In this document: positions 25,653 through 35,800 of the stretch, in pieces
Layout: each line of letters starts with the position of its first letter
How positions within the stretch are numbered: position 1 is the first letter of the stretch
Source: Candidatus Caccovivens sp.
Lineage (GTDB): Bacteria > Bacillota > Clostridia > Christensenellales > UBA1242
NCBI GenBank assembly: GCA_051888935.1
Contig: JBJFCL010000007.1
Span: 9,124 to 73,123 of the forward strand
Direction: 5' to 3'
Length of the DNA stretch: 64,000 nt
Translations under genes and position numbers: made by a program
Notes under the pieces: generated by a model
The model's database searches: none
What the model saw: the letters and a program-made list of their open reading frames with translations, nothing else
What the model was told of the DNA's origin: nothing

Positions 25653-27307
25653 TAGTCAAGTAGAGCGATGGTCAAAATCATTGGCCTACGCTGTGTCCTT
25701 TTGTAAATAAAGTTTGAAACATTTCTTCTTATTGTGTTTTTGATAACCGCAGGGTCACAACCACGCAAATCTTGTTCTTTCAAAGAAGCAATGATCATAT
25801 TTTTTGTGTCTTGCACAAATGCCTCTGCCTCATCTTGATAAACCACACCGCGTGTGATAATAAATGGTTCTCCCACCACCTCTCCTGACACATTGTTGAT
25901 TGTCATAACAACAACACAAATGCCGTCTTCTGAAAGTTGTTTTCTCTCTCTAAGAACATTGCTGTCCATATCTCCAATTCCATAGCCATCAATAAGTCTT
26001 TGACCAGCATGAACAAAGCCTGTCTTTTTTATGGAATTTGGAGATAATTCAATTTGTGCTCCAATGGTCGGCAATATGATGTTTCTCTCTTCCATGCCAA
26101 GACTCATAGCAAGTTGCTTATGCATTTTGAGATGACGATACTCTCCATGAATAGGAATAAAGAATTTTGGCTTAACAAGAGAATGAATGGTTTTGATTTC
26201 TTCTTGGCAAGCATGCCCAGAAGCATGAACCTCAGAAAGTTCATCATAAATGACATCTGCACCTTTTTGATAAAGCGAATTGATGACATTATAAACACTC
26301 TTTTCATTTCCAGGAATTGGAGATGACGAGAAAACAATAAGGTCATTTGGTCCAATTTTGATTTGCTTAAAATCACCTGCTGCCATTCTTGGAAGAGCAG
26401 AACCTGGTTCTCCCTGACTTCCAGTTGTGACAATCAAAAGTTCGTTGTCGGCATATTTGTCAATCTTGTCAATATCAATCAAAATTTCACGATTAAATGA
26501 AATTTCTCCAATCTTCATTCCAACATCTGTGATGTTTATCATGCTTCGTCCAGTGAATGCCACTTTTCGTCCATACTTTTCCGCCAAATTCAAAATCTGT
26601 TGCAAACGATGTATGTTTGAAGCAAAAGTAGCCACAAAAATGCGATTTTGTGGGTGAGCCTTGAATATTTCGTCCAATGCTCTTCCAACATTCTTTTCAC
26701 TCATAGAATAGCCTTTTCTGCAAACATTGGTGCTTTCACACATCAAAAGGTTGACGCCTTTTTTGCCAAGCTCTCCAAAGCGTTGAAGATCGGTCATAAC
26801 TCCATCTATTGGCTCAAAATCAATCTTAAAGTCCCCAGTGTGAACGACATTGCCAGCAGGTGTTGTTATGCAAAGTGCAAGACTTCCTGCAATCGAGTGA
26901 GAAACTTTGATAAATTCCACAGAAAACGCACCAATTTTAAGCACATTTTTAGGCTTTACAGTGATTGCTTTGTAAGCAACCTTTGGGTGCTCTTTCATTT
27001 TGTTTTCAACAAGTGCGAGCGTCAAACGAGAGCCATAGATTGGTGCTTTTATTTGTTGTAGAACAAATGGAAGTGCTCCAATATGGTCTTCATGTCCGTG
27101 TGTCAAAATAATTGCTTTGATTTTGTCACGATTATTTACAAGATATGTGATGTCAGGAATAACAACATCAATTCCTGGCAAATCATCGTCTGGGAAAGCT
27201 AGTCCAGCATCAACAACGATGATTTCATCATTATACTCGAAAGCGGTCATATTTTTTCCAATTTCACCCACACCGCCCAAGAAGGTGATTTTCAATTTGT
27301 TATTCAT
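25652..27307 (-). CDS. rnj: Ribonuclease J
   Basis: 551 aa. Metallo-beta-lactamase HGHEDHIG, a beta-CASP region and a C-terminal domain. The N-terminus KITFLGGVGEIGKN is typical. Confidence 0.9.
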   Translation of the reverse strand: MNNKLKITFLGGVGEIGKNMTAFEYNDEIIVVDAGLAFPDDDLPGIDVVIPDITYLVNNRDKIKAIILTHGHEDHIGALPFVLQQIKAPIYGSRLTLALVENKMKEHPKVAYKAITVKPKNVLKIGAFSVEFIKVSHSIAGSLALCITTPAGNVVHTGDFKIDFEPIDGVMTDLQRFGELGKKGVNLLMCESTNVCRKGYSMSEKNVGRALDEIFKAHPQNRIFVATFASNIHRLQQILNLAEKYGRKVAFTGRSMINITDVGMKIGEISFNREILIDIDKIDKYADNELLIVTTGSQGEPGSALPRMAAGDFKQIKIGPNDLIVFSSSPIPGNEKSVYNVINSLYQKGADVIYDELSEVHASGHACQEEIKTIHSLVKPKFFIPIHGEYRHLKMHKQLAMSLGMEERNIILPTIGAQIELSPNSIKKTGFVHAGQRLIDGYGIGDMDSNVLRERKQLSEDGICVVVMTINNVSGEVVGEPFIITRGVVYQDEAEAFVQDTKNMIIASLKEQDLRGCDPAVIKNTIRRNVSNFIYKRTQRRPMILTIALLD

Positions 27308-27428
27308 AAATTCTCCTTAAATAAATATAAATTTGCAAATTTCTTTTGCAATAAAAAACGATATTGATACTAAAAAATTTCAGCAGAAAATTTTTGCTTA
27401 CAACAGAAAAATTTGTTGAGAAGAAATC

Positions 27429-28361
27429 TTATAAGATATAAGCAGTTTTGTTTATGTTGTCAACTTCTTCCAATCTTTTTGGCGTCAAAATTTTGTTGTC
27501 GTTGACATAAAATCTCATACCTTGGCTGGTGAAAAATGCTGTCATATCATAGACACACAAAAGTGCTGTCATAATTGGAATAAGAGCAACCAAACTATAC
27601 ACACCGAAAACCATCACAATTGCCCAGAACAAGATAAAATAGAGCAATGTTGTTCCAAAAGATGCCCAAAAATGGCGTTTAACAGCTTTCATTCCCTTGC
27701 GATATGATCCAAAAACATTACGATTAAACACAATCATGGCTGGTGCCCAACCAAGTACTGTGATTTGGTGAACTGTGAAGAACATCACCAAAACCAAAAA
27801 TACACACAGTGGCAAAAAGTAAGTCACAAATGTTGCATCTTGAATTTGAGAAAGTCCAAACACTGCAAGCAATGTTACGCCTAAGAAAACTAGGTTGTAT
27901 AATGTTTTTGCGACAGCAAAGAGCAGAGATTTTTTAAGACTCTTAACAAGAGCACTAAAAAATCCCAACTCATTTTTGCTGGTCATATATGAATACAACA
28001 TTTCATTGAGGGTATATTTGCCGATATTGACAAAAAATGGCAAAAAGATAAACACAACAATAAGTCCATAGACTGCAAGTCCCAAGTTGCTGTTTAAGGC
28101 ATCTTTCAAAAGTTGAAAGGAAACATTTATTATGTTTGCAATATTTGCGCCAAGCGAGCCTGAAAACACTCCTACAAAAGCAGAAGACAATGTGTTTAAG
28201 CAATTTAAAATAAGTTCTTTAAACTCAAAAAATGCAGGCAAAAACAACGCAAAACCAAGCCCCCAAACCACAATATAGAATAAGAAAAATTTGAGTGTTT
28301 TTGCAAAGTTTGAACCAAAAAGTTTTAATGAGTTTATAAAAACCATAATTTTAGACCTCAT
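27429..28361 (-). CDS. Polytopic membrane protein, family not recognised
   Basis: 310 aa with about 6-7 hydrophobic helices. Confidence 0.55.
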   Translation of the reverse strand: MRSKIMVFINSLKLFGSNFAKTLKFFLFYIVVWGLGFALFLPAFFEFKELILNCLNTLSSAFVGVFSGSLGANIANIINVSFQLLKDALNSNLGLAVYGLIVVFIFLPFFVNIGKYTLNEMLYSYMTSKNELGFFSALVKSLKKSLLFAVAKTLYNLVFLGVTLLAVFGLSQIQDATFVTYFLPLCVFLVLVMFFTVHQITVLGWAPAMIVFNRNVFGSYRKGMKAVKRHFWASFGTTLLYFILFWAIVMVFGVYSLVALIPIMTALLCVYDMTAFFTSQGMRFYVNDNKILTPKRLEEVDNINKTAYIL

Positions 28362-28399
28362 AAAGAGTATAGCAAAAAATTCTAAAATATCAAAGCAAA

Positions 28400-28870
28400 T
28401 TAAACTTCAATATCAACAATTTTGTAAACAGTTTCGCCACCTGGCGTTTTTACAGTGACAGTTTCGCCTTTTTTGTGGCCAATAAGCGCCTTGCCAACAG
28501 GAGAAACATTGCTGATAACGCCATTTCTTGGGTCGCTTTCTGAGGAACCAGTTATGCGATATTCCACTTCTTCGTCAAAATCTTCGTCATAAAGTTTGAC
28601 TTTGCAGCCAACCATAACAGCACCAGAATTGATTTTTTTCTTATCAATCACTTCTGCGTTCAAAAGAATACTTTCCATTTCAGCGATTTCTGCTTCGATT
28701 TGCGCCTGTTCATCTTTTGCAGCATCATATTCAGAATTTTCTGACAAATCGCCAAATTCTCTGGCAATTCCAATACGCTTTACAACTTCTGGTCTTTTTA
28801 CAGTTTTATACAAATTCAACTTTTCTTCAAGTTGTGCTTTTCCTTCTGGTGTCAAGTAATGTTTTTCCAT
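28400..28870 (-). CDS. greA: Transcription elongation factor GreA
   Basis: 156 aa. LTPEGKAQLEEKL, GDLSENSEYDAAKDEQA, and C-terminal SPVGKALIGHKKGE. Confidence 0.9.
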   Translation of the reverse strand: MEKHYLTPEGKAQLEEKLNLYKTVKRPEVVKRIGIAREFGDLSENSEYDAAKDEQAQIEAEIAEMESILLNAEVIDKKKINSGAVMVGCKVKLYDEDFDEEVEYRITGSSESDPRNGVISNVSPVGKALIGHKKGETVTVKTPGGETVYKIVDIEV

Positions 28871-29161
28871 TTTAATCTCCTTTTAAAACAGACGAAGTCG
28901 ATTTATTATTATCAAAAGAAACTTGTTGCAAACATCGTCTGCACTTAAAATTTTATTACTTTAAATAATTAAAAAATCGACCATATAGGTCTTGATAACT
29001 AAATTTATTTGACTTGTAATCCGTATAATTATATGCAAAACATTACAAAAAGTCAACCAAATTTTAAATTTTCCTTAATCAAGAACTGGATTTTTTGTCA
29101 AAAATTATATGAAAGAGTGTATTTTTTGTTTTTTTTGAAAAAATAATTTTAAGGAGAAATC

Positions 29162-29581
29162 ATGATAACATTCATTGCTTTTGTTTTAACAATTTTAGGC
29201 TCAATAAATTGGTTGTTGATTGGACTTTTGCAATATGATTTTATTGCTGGACTTTTTGGCTTTCAAGCAAGTATATTTTCAAGAATGGTATATATTATTT
29301 TTGGAATCGGAGCAATTTATTTGAGCATAAGAGTTATTGTCAACAAAGGTTCTTTCAAAGTTTTTGAGCGTAAAAAGAAAAAGCAAAACGAAATTTCTTC
29401 AAAAGAAGAAACAAACACTCAAATTCCAGTAAACGCAAATGTGGAAGCTTCAAGAGAGCAAGTTGCTGAAAATTACAAACAAAAAACTGCAAGATACGAC
29501 GACTTTGACGCGGAAATAAATGACCAACAGTTCCGTGAAAATGAAGAAGGGTTGTTTGACGAACACTTCAAAAATAGATAA
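29162..29581 (+). CDS. DUF378 membrane protein with a ~70-aa hydrophilic C-terminal extension
   Basis: GSINWLLIGLLQYDFIAGLFG...RMVYIIFGIGAIYL matches the DUF378 pattern. Confidence 0.7.
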   Translation: MITFIAFVLTILGSINWLLIGLLQYDFIAGLFGFQASIFSRMVYIIFGIGAIYLSIRVIVNKGSFKVFERKKKKQNEISSKEETNTQIPVNANVEASREQVAENYKQKTARYDDFDAEINDQQFRENEEGLFDEHFKNR

Positions 29582-29636
29582 AAAAATTTGACTTTTCTTT
29601 TGGCAAAGCAGTATCATTTTAATGTAGGAGAAATTT

Positions 29637-31139
29637 ATGGTAACACTCGTAATTCTGGACGGCTTTGGAGAAAAGAAAAGCAAATACGGAAACGCTATCA
29701 AAAGTCAAGGAACACCAAATCTTGACAAACTCAAAAAGCAGTACCCTCACACTTTAATACAAGCCAGTGGAAAATATGTTGGACTTCCAGATGGTATCAT
29801 GGGCAACAGTGAAGTTGGGCATTTAACAATTGGATGTGGACGCGTTATTTTGCAAGATTTGCAACTTATTAACAGTGAAATTGAAAGTGGAAAGTTCTAT
29901 GAAAATCCCGCTCTAAACAAAGCACTTTCTCACGCAGAAAAAAGTGGAGGAAATTTGCATTTGATGGGACTTTTGTCCAATGGCAGAGTGCATTCTTCAA
30001 TTGAGCACCTTTTTGCTATATTGGAGCACGCAAAGAATTTCAAAATAAAAAACATCTATATTCATGCGATTTTGGACGGTCGCGACACTGGTGTGCGTGA
30101 TGGAATGAAGTTTGTCAAAATGACTGAGGAGAAAATTCAAAACACAAACGCACACATCGGCACGATTATTGGCAGAGTTTACGCCATGGACAGAGAAAAA
30201 AGATATGACCGTGTGAAGATTGCCTATGATATGCTTTTTAATGGCATTGGAGCACATAAAAATTCTGCAATTACAGCAATTGAACAGAGTTATGAAAATG
30301 GCGTTTATGACGAATATTTTGAGCCTACAATTATTGACGAAAACTCAAAAATTTCGGACAATGACAGTCTCGTTTTCTTCAATTATCGTTCTGACCGTGC
30401 ACGCGAAATTTCTTTTGCCATGACCGACCCAAATTTCAAGGAATTTGAAACAAAGAAATTGTCAAATTTCCTCTTTACAGCCATGGCACAATATGCTGAC
30501 GAACTTAAAGACCAAAACACTCTCTACCCACCCACTTTCATTGAAGACAACCTCGCTTGTGTGCTTTCTCAAAATGGGAAAAAGCAATTTCACACATCAG
30601 AGACGACCAAATATGCTCATGTCACATTTTTCTTTAATGGCGGAATTGAACAAGCGTATGAAGGCGAAGACAGGAAACTTATTAACAGCATAAATGTCAA
30701 AGACTTTACGGAATATCCAAAAATGAGAGCAAACGAAATAACTTTGGAGGTTTTAGATGCCATAGCAAGCGAAAAATATGACTTTGTGCTTGTCAATTAC
30801 TCCAATCCGGATATGCTTGGGCACACTGGCAATTTCAATGCCACAAAAGAGGCAATTGAATGTGTTGACAAGCAGGCTTATGCTGTTGCACTTGCCACGC
30901 TTATGGCTGGTGGAGACTGCATAATAACCGCCGACCACGGAAATGCAGAAGAGATGTTTGACAAAGATGGAAACAAACTGACCAAACACACGACCAATCC
31001 TGTGCCATTCATTTTGGTTAGTGAAAAACACAAAAAAGAAAGGCTCAAAAAAGGAAAATCTCTCACTTGCATTGCACCAACGGTTTTAAAACTTTTGGGA
31101 CTTGAAAGACCTTCCACATTCGACGAACCAATTTTTTAA
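29637..31139 (+). CDS. gpmI: 2,3-bisphosphoglycerate-independent phosphoglycerate mutase
   Basis: LVILDGFG...GNSEVGH...DGRD...ITADHGN. Confidence 0.9.
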   Translation: MVTLVILDGFGEKKSKYGNAIKSQGTPNLDKLKKQYPHTLIQASGKYVGLPDGIMGNSEVGHLTIGCGRVILQDLQLINSEIESGKFYENPALNKALSHAEKSGGNLHLMGLLSNGRVHSSIEHLFAILEHAKNFKIKNIYIHAILDGRDTGVRDGMKFVKMTEEKIQNTNAHIGTIIGRVYAMDREKRYDRVKIAYDMLFNGIGAHKNSAITAIEQSYENGVYDEYFEPTIIDENSKISDNDSLVFFNYRSDRAREISFAMTDPNFKEFETKKLSNFLFTAMAQYADELKDQNTLYPPTFIEDNLACVLSQNGKKQFHTSETTKYAHVTFFFNGGIEQAYEGEDRKLINSINVKDFTEYPKMRANEITLEVLDAIASEKYDFVLVNYSNPDMLGHTGNFNATKEAIECVDKQAYAVALATLMAGGDCIITADHGNAEEMFDKDGNKLTKHTTNPVPFILVSEKHKKERLKKGKSLTCIAPTVLKLLGLERPSTFDEPIF

Positions 31140-31158
31140 TCAAAAAAAACAAAAAATG

Positions 31159-31183
31159 AAAAGAGCAATTTTGCTCTTTTTTT
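31159..31183. terminator. Bidirectional terminator between gpmI and the SSB-like gene
   Basis: AAGAGCA / TGCTCTT stem with a 4-nt loop, flanked by A and T runs. Confidence 0.7.
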
Positions 31184-31187
31184 GAAT

Positions 31188-31865
31188 TTAATTTATGATT
31201 GCATTGCTCTCAATATGCTCACCACTTAAATAGTTTGTGACATTGTTTACAATGGACATTCTTTGGCATGAGACTTCATAAGCAGTCATCGTTTTTTCAC
31301 CATCTTCAAGTGCTTTTACATATTCGCGAGATTGTATTCGACCAACAAGTTCAAGTTTTGCTCCGATGTTTTGATTGGCAATAAATCTGGCATTCCTGCC
31401 CCACATTATGCAAGGAACATAGTCTGATTTGTGATAATTTGGTCGGTTGACAGCCAAAAGGACATCACAGATTTCACGATTAAACGGAGTCTTGCGATAA
31501 ACAGGTTCTTTGCAAATGAAACCAGTAAGTTTTACCTCATTGACATACTCTTGTGCCACATCTTTTTCAATTTCTTTTGCAAAAAGATGCAGAACAAGTT
31601 TACTCTTCATGTCCAAAAGTTTGTTGTAACTGCGATATTCCCCAGTCACTTTGACAAATTCACCGACTTGAAAATCGCGATTCATGAGTGTGCGTTCTGA
31701 TGCTGTGACTGGAATGACATCTTTAATTTTTGAAAGTCTTTCAACATCAACCGTAAATTCGTAAAAATTTTCCCCTTCAATCTTGTGTGAAAGTTTTGGT
31801 TGGCTGGAAACAGTCCCGGCAATCTCAGCGTAGTTTGTGTTTTCTTCTATCGTTTTGTAATTCAT
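31188..31865 (-). CDS. Tandem-OB-fold SSB-like protein
   Basis: 225 aa with two SSB-like OB segments (AEIAGTVSSQPKL...VKVTGEYRSY and VKLTGFICKEPVYRKT...LELVGRIQSREY). No acidic C-terminal tip. Confidence 0.5.
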   Translation of the reverse strand: MNYKTIEENTNYAEIAGTVSSQPKLSHKIEGENFYEFTVDVERLSKIKDVIPVTASERTLMNRDFQVGEFVKVTGEYRSYNKLLDMKSKLVLHLFAKEIEKDVAQEYVNEVKLTGFICKEPVYRKTPFNREICDVLLAVNRPNYHKSDYVPCIMWGRNARFIANQNIGAKLELVGRIQSREYVKALEDGEKTMTAYEVSCQRMSIVNNVTNYLSGEHIESNAIIN

Positions 31866-31874
31866 ATTTTCCCC

Positions 31875-32639
31875 CTAATTTTTGTGTTGCACGCCATTTC
31901 TGTCTATTGTGTAGTTGTCCTCATAAATTAAATCGGAAATTTTTGTAACCTTGTATCCTGCAACTTTAAGTCTGTTGAGTGTCAATCTAAGTGCATCGAG
32001 TATGTTGTCGGAATTATTGTGCATCAAGATGATTGAACCATTTTTGACTCTTGAAATAACACGACTTGTGATTTCCGAAGCGGAAAGACCTTTCCAATCA
32101 AGACTATCAACATCCCATTGAATGGTTTTAAGTCCCAAACTTTCGGCAGTGTCCAAAAGAGTGTTGTTGTAAGAACCATATGGTGCTCTAAAAAGTTTAA
32201 CTTCCTTGCCAGTGACTGCTTTGATTTTGGAAATAGATGTTTCAAGTTCACTCTTCATGGTTGATGCGGAAAGTTTGACCATGTCTGGATGTGTGTTGGA
32301 GTGTGTGCCAATTTCAAATCCCGCCTCATCAATCGCTTTTGTCATTTCGGTATAGTCGTCCACCCAAAACCCAACGAGAAAGAAAGTTGCAGAAACTTCA
32401 AACTCTTTGCAAATATCCAAAATACCTTGCGTCTTGTCAGCGCCCCACGCTGCATCAAAGGAAATCGCGACTTGTTTTTCCCCTGTGTCAACATTATAAA
32501 TTGGAACTTTGCGTGTTGAACCGCCAAAGTAAACCTGTGCAGAGGTTGTTCCCCCAAAAGACAATGAAAGTAGCACAGCCACCAGCACAAAAGCCACAAA
32601 AATTTTGATTGTTCTTGATTTGATAACGCAGAAATGCAT
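31875..32639 (-). CDS. Polysaccharide deacetylase (NodB/CE4), secreted or anchored
   Basis: N-terminal TM/signal. FDAAWG, TFFLVGFW, GTHSNTHPD, LFRAPYGSY. Confidence 0.8.
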   Translation of the reverse strand: MHFCVIKSRTIKIFVAFVLVAVLLSLSFGGTTSAQVYFGGSTRKVPIYNVDTGEKQVAISFDAAWGADKTQGILDICKEFEVSATFFLVGFWVDDYTEMTKAIDEAGFEIGTHSNTHPDMVKLSASTMKSELETSISKIKAVTGKEVKLFRAPYGSYNNTLLDTAESLGLKTIQWDVDSLDWKGLSASEITSRVISRVKNGSIILMHNNSDNILDALRLTLNRLKVAGYKVTKISDLIYEDNYTIDRNGVQHKN

Positions 32640-32850
32640 ATCAACCTCGCTTTCTATTTTAAATATTTGCTTGAATTTTGCCTAAGTTTAAATTGTTTAA
32701 AAAAAACTAAGATTGTTTTTTATTGTCGAAAACCAAGCCTTATCATATTTTATTGCCCGAAGTAGTCTTTTAGAACTCAACTTGTGCATTATTTGGAGAA
32801 TAGAAGAAAAATAATAGGAGTCTTTTTGACACCTTCTAAAAATTTTGCAA

Positions 32851-32880
32851 TAAAAAAGAACGCTGATTTTGCGTTCTTTA
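32851..32880 (-). terminator. Rho-independent terminator after the GLUG protein gene
   Basis: AGAACGC (32857-32863) / GCGTTCT (32871-32877). A T-run follows on the minus strand. Confidence 0.7.
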
Positions 32881-32890
32881 AGTTTTTATA

Positions 32891-35800
32891 CTAACTCCAA
32901 TAGAAAACTTTTAAATTATCTCTGCCATTGACTGTAATCCACAAACTGTCTTTTGTTTTCTCTAATATTGTTGTGGTAGTTGAACTATCACTTTCTCTAT
33001 AAAAACAATCTTTTATTGTTGCATTATTTGCGATAACATTAGTGGTATCTGTATTAGTTGTATCTGTATTTGTGATATCGTTCAATGTTCCAATCACAAA
33101 ACATTGGTCAATGGTGCAACCACTTCCACCACCAACAAGTCCAGCAACTCCATTGCAACCTGTGCCTGTCACATCTGCTTTACTTGAAGAAGCATAAAAT
33201 GAACAGTCTTCTGCATAACCAACAAGACCAGCGAAATATTGACGCGCAGCAAATGTATTTGAAACATTTGCGACCCCTACAAGTTCCGGAGTAGAGTCGG
33301 AAGATTTATGATAATAGTATATTTTTCCAGGATAAGTCAATTTATTATCCACTTCACAACCATAAACAAATTCACCATACACATCATAAAAAGCAAGATC
33401 TCCTGTGGCTAAATTTGAATTATAGTTGTTAACTCTCTCAAAAGTTGTGTTAATTGCCTTTCCAACCAAAGCCCCAGCATAAGCATAACCAGTAAAATCA
33501 CTATTTTGAATTGTCAAGTTCTTTATCGTTGCACCATTTGTACAGCCAAACAATCCAATGTTTGAGAGTTCGTTTTCTCCAACAAATTTCAAATTGGAAA
33601 TTGTGTAATTTCCTCCGTCATACACTCCTTTGAATGGAGTTGCACTTGTGCCGATTGGATTGAAAGAAGTGATTGAACTCATATCAATGTTTTCAGTTTG
33701 CACAAACATAACATTTTCAAAAGTATTGCCAGCCTGCACTTTTTGACTTAGAAGCACAAGATCGTCGGCGGTTGAAATTTTATACACACCTTTTGCATCA
33801 GGGCTTGAAGTTGTTGAATAATAAGAAGTAAAGTCATCTATGTTTGATGTTGTGCTGTATTGTTGATATTTTGCCACAATTGAAAGTGAAGTTAGCGAAT
33901 CTGTATTTTGATTCACATTTGTATTTGGATTCACAAGGAAATTATAGGTTGTGTTTAATGACAAAAGTTGATAAGTATTTTTTCCATCGGTAGAAACACT
34001 ATAAAATCCCACAAAGCGTCGATTATGATATGTTTCCGGCACTTCAATTGAAATTGGAGTGAAATATTTTATTTCACGATTTTCTATCGTATCATTTATT
34101 ACACCTGTGCCATCGTTAATTGTGATTTTGGGTTTCACAGTTGAACCTCTAACACCAATCGACAAATTATATTTATTTAAATCGAAATAAGCCGAAATGG
34201 TCAATTCATGGTCTGTCCACTTGCTTGGATCATTTGAGTAATACTGCGAAACAAATTTATCTACAATACTTTGCATGGATTCTGAATATTCTTTATTATA
34301 ATTTTCTGTTACTTCCTCGTTTGATTTTGTGTCTTTGATTGTAAACTTTCCAATGGAATAGCCAGTTTTTGCAGTGCGCAATAATTCCAATGTGTCTTCA
34401 ACTGTTAATGGGGTTGGGTTTAGCGTTATTTTTTTCGAATCTAATTTTGCCGTTCCGCCATTTGTAGATTCAGTGTAAACATCAGAATTATAAGCATTTG
34501 CATAAGTCTTCAAATAGACTTTATATTCAATTGCTGTTCGAGTGACAATAATCGTGATTGTATTGGCGGTTATGTCCGACATTTGTTTAGTCCCTGTTCC
34601 AATAAACTCATCGGCAGAAATTGTAATACTTCGATTTTGTCCAGTCGGTTCTATATTTTCTTTGAAATTATCTTTCCCATTTACCTTAAAAGAATACTTA
34701 TATCCAAATTCCATAAAAGAATTATCATTTACATCATTTACATTTGAGTTATTCAAACTTATAGAGGTTGCATCTTCACGATTTGGCCAATTAACTTCTC
34801 CTTCTGTTTGCAATAATGTATTTTCACCATCTGTGAAAGTAATAGTGTATGACACTTTATTATATTGAACAATTATTTTGTCTTCTAATTTGAAAACAAA
34901 ACTTGCCGTAACCGTCCCATAAGTATTACTTGAACTAAAAATGCTTGTTTCCTGTGTACCTTTTTTAGTAGAAATATTTGTCACATAAAAACCAATATTT
35001 GGTTTTATTGAAATTGTAACAGTCTCCTGATAAGCAAATTTAGTCGTAATATTTCCATCCGTATCATAAAATGAACAATTTGAACAAATTACACTTGGAT
35101 CGCTCGAATAGTCATATTCATTATTTCTCCCACCAAAATGGGAAACACCGATTGGATTTTTTATTCCAGTGAATTTAAACACAAGAGTTGGCCTTAATAC
35201 TATTTCGGTTCCATAATCATATAAAGAGAAAGTTTTAAAGTTTGTCTTGGTTTGACTCACAAGCGTTACATTATTTACAAACTTTGAGCCATCTGCAAAT
35301 GTAGTTTGTAAATAAGCTCCATCAGTTTGAAAATAATTATCTTTTATATTATATTGTAAAACATAGGAACTTCTTATTGTTGCCAAAGTATAATCAGCAC
35401 CATTAAGAACTTGAATATAATCAGTGTTGAGCACTTTTGAAGAATATACATTTTTTGAGTATTCATATACTTGATATGTTTCAAATGTTCCAAAATCAGA
35501 AATGTCATAATAATACTCATAATTAGAAGTTGTATTTTTTCTATAATCCACACCAATTCTCATAGACAAAACAGCGTTGTATGGAACCCATGAATAATGG
35601 GCAGTTTTATAACCTTTCCCTATCCACTGATTTTCAGAAAAATAAGAAAATGCAACAGTTGAACAAAGCCAATCCTTATAGTAAGAATATCCCGCAAAAC
35701 TAGGATGCTCATATTCACTATTTATAAAAGAATAATCCAAACAATTTGTATAATCATCATTCATGTATCCTTCATACCAAACTCGACTTGAAGAAGTGAT

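Noticed and set aside
28885-28945. Inverted repeat CAGACGA ... TCGTCTG in the greA 5' leader
   Set aside because: It is a 7-bp stem with a loop of about 38 nt, with no T-run or known motif. It is plausible as a leader structure but cannot be distinguished from chance.
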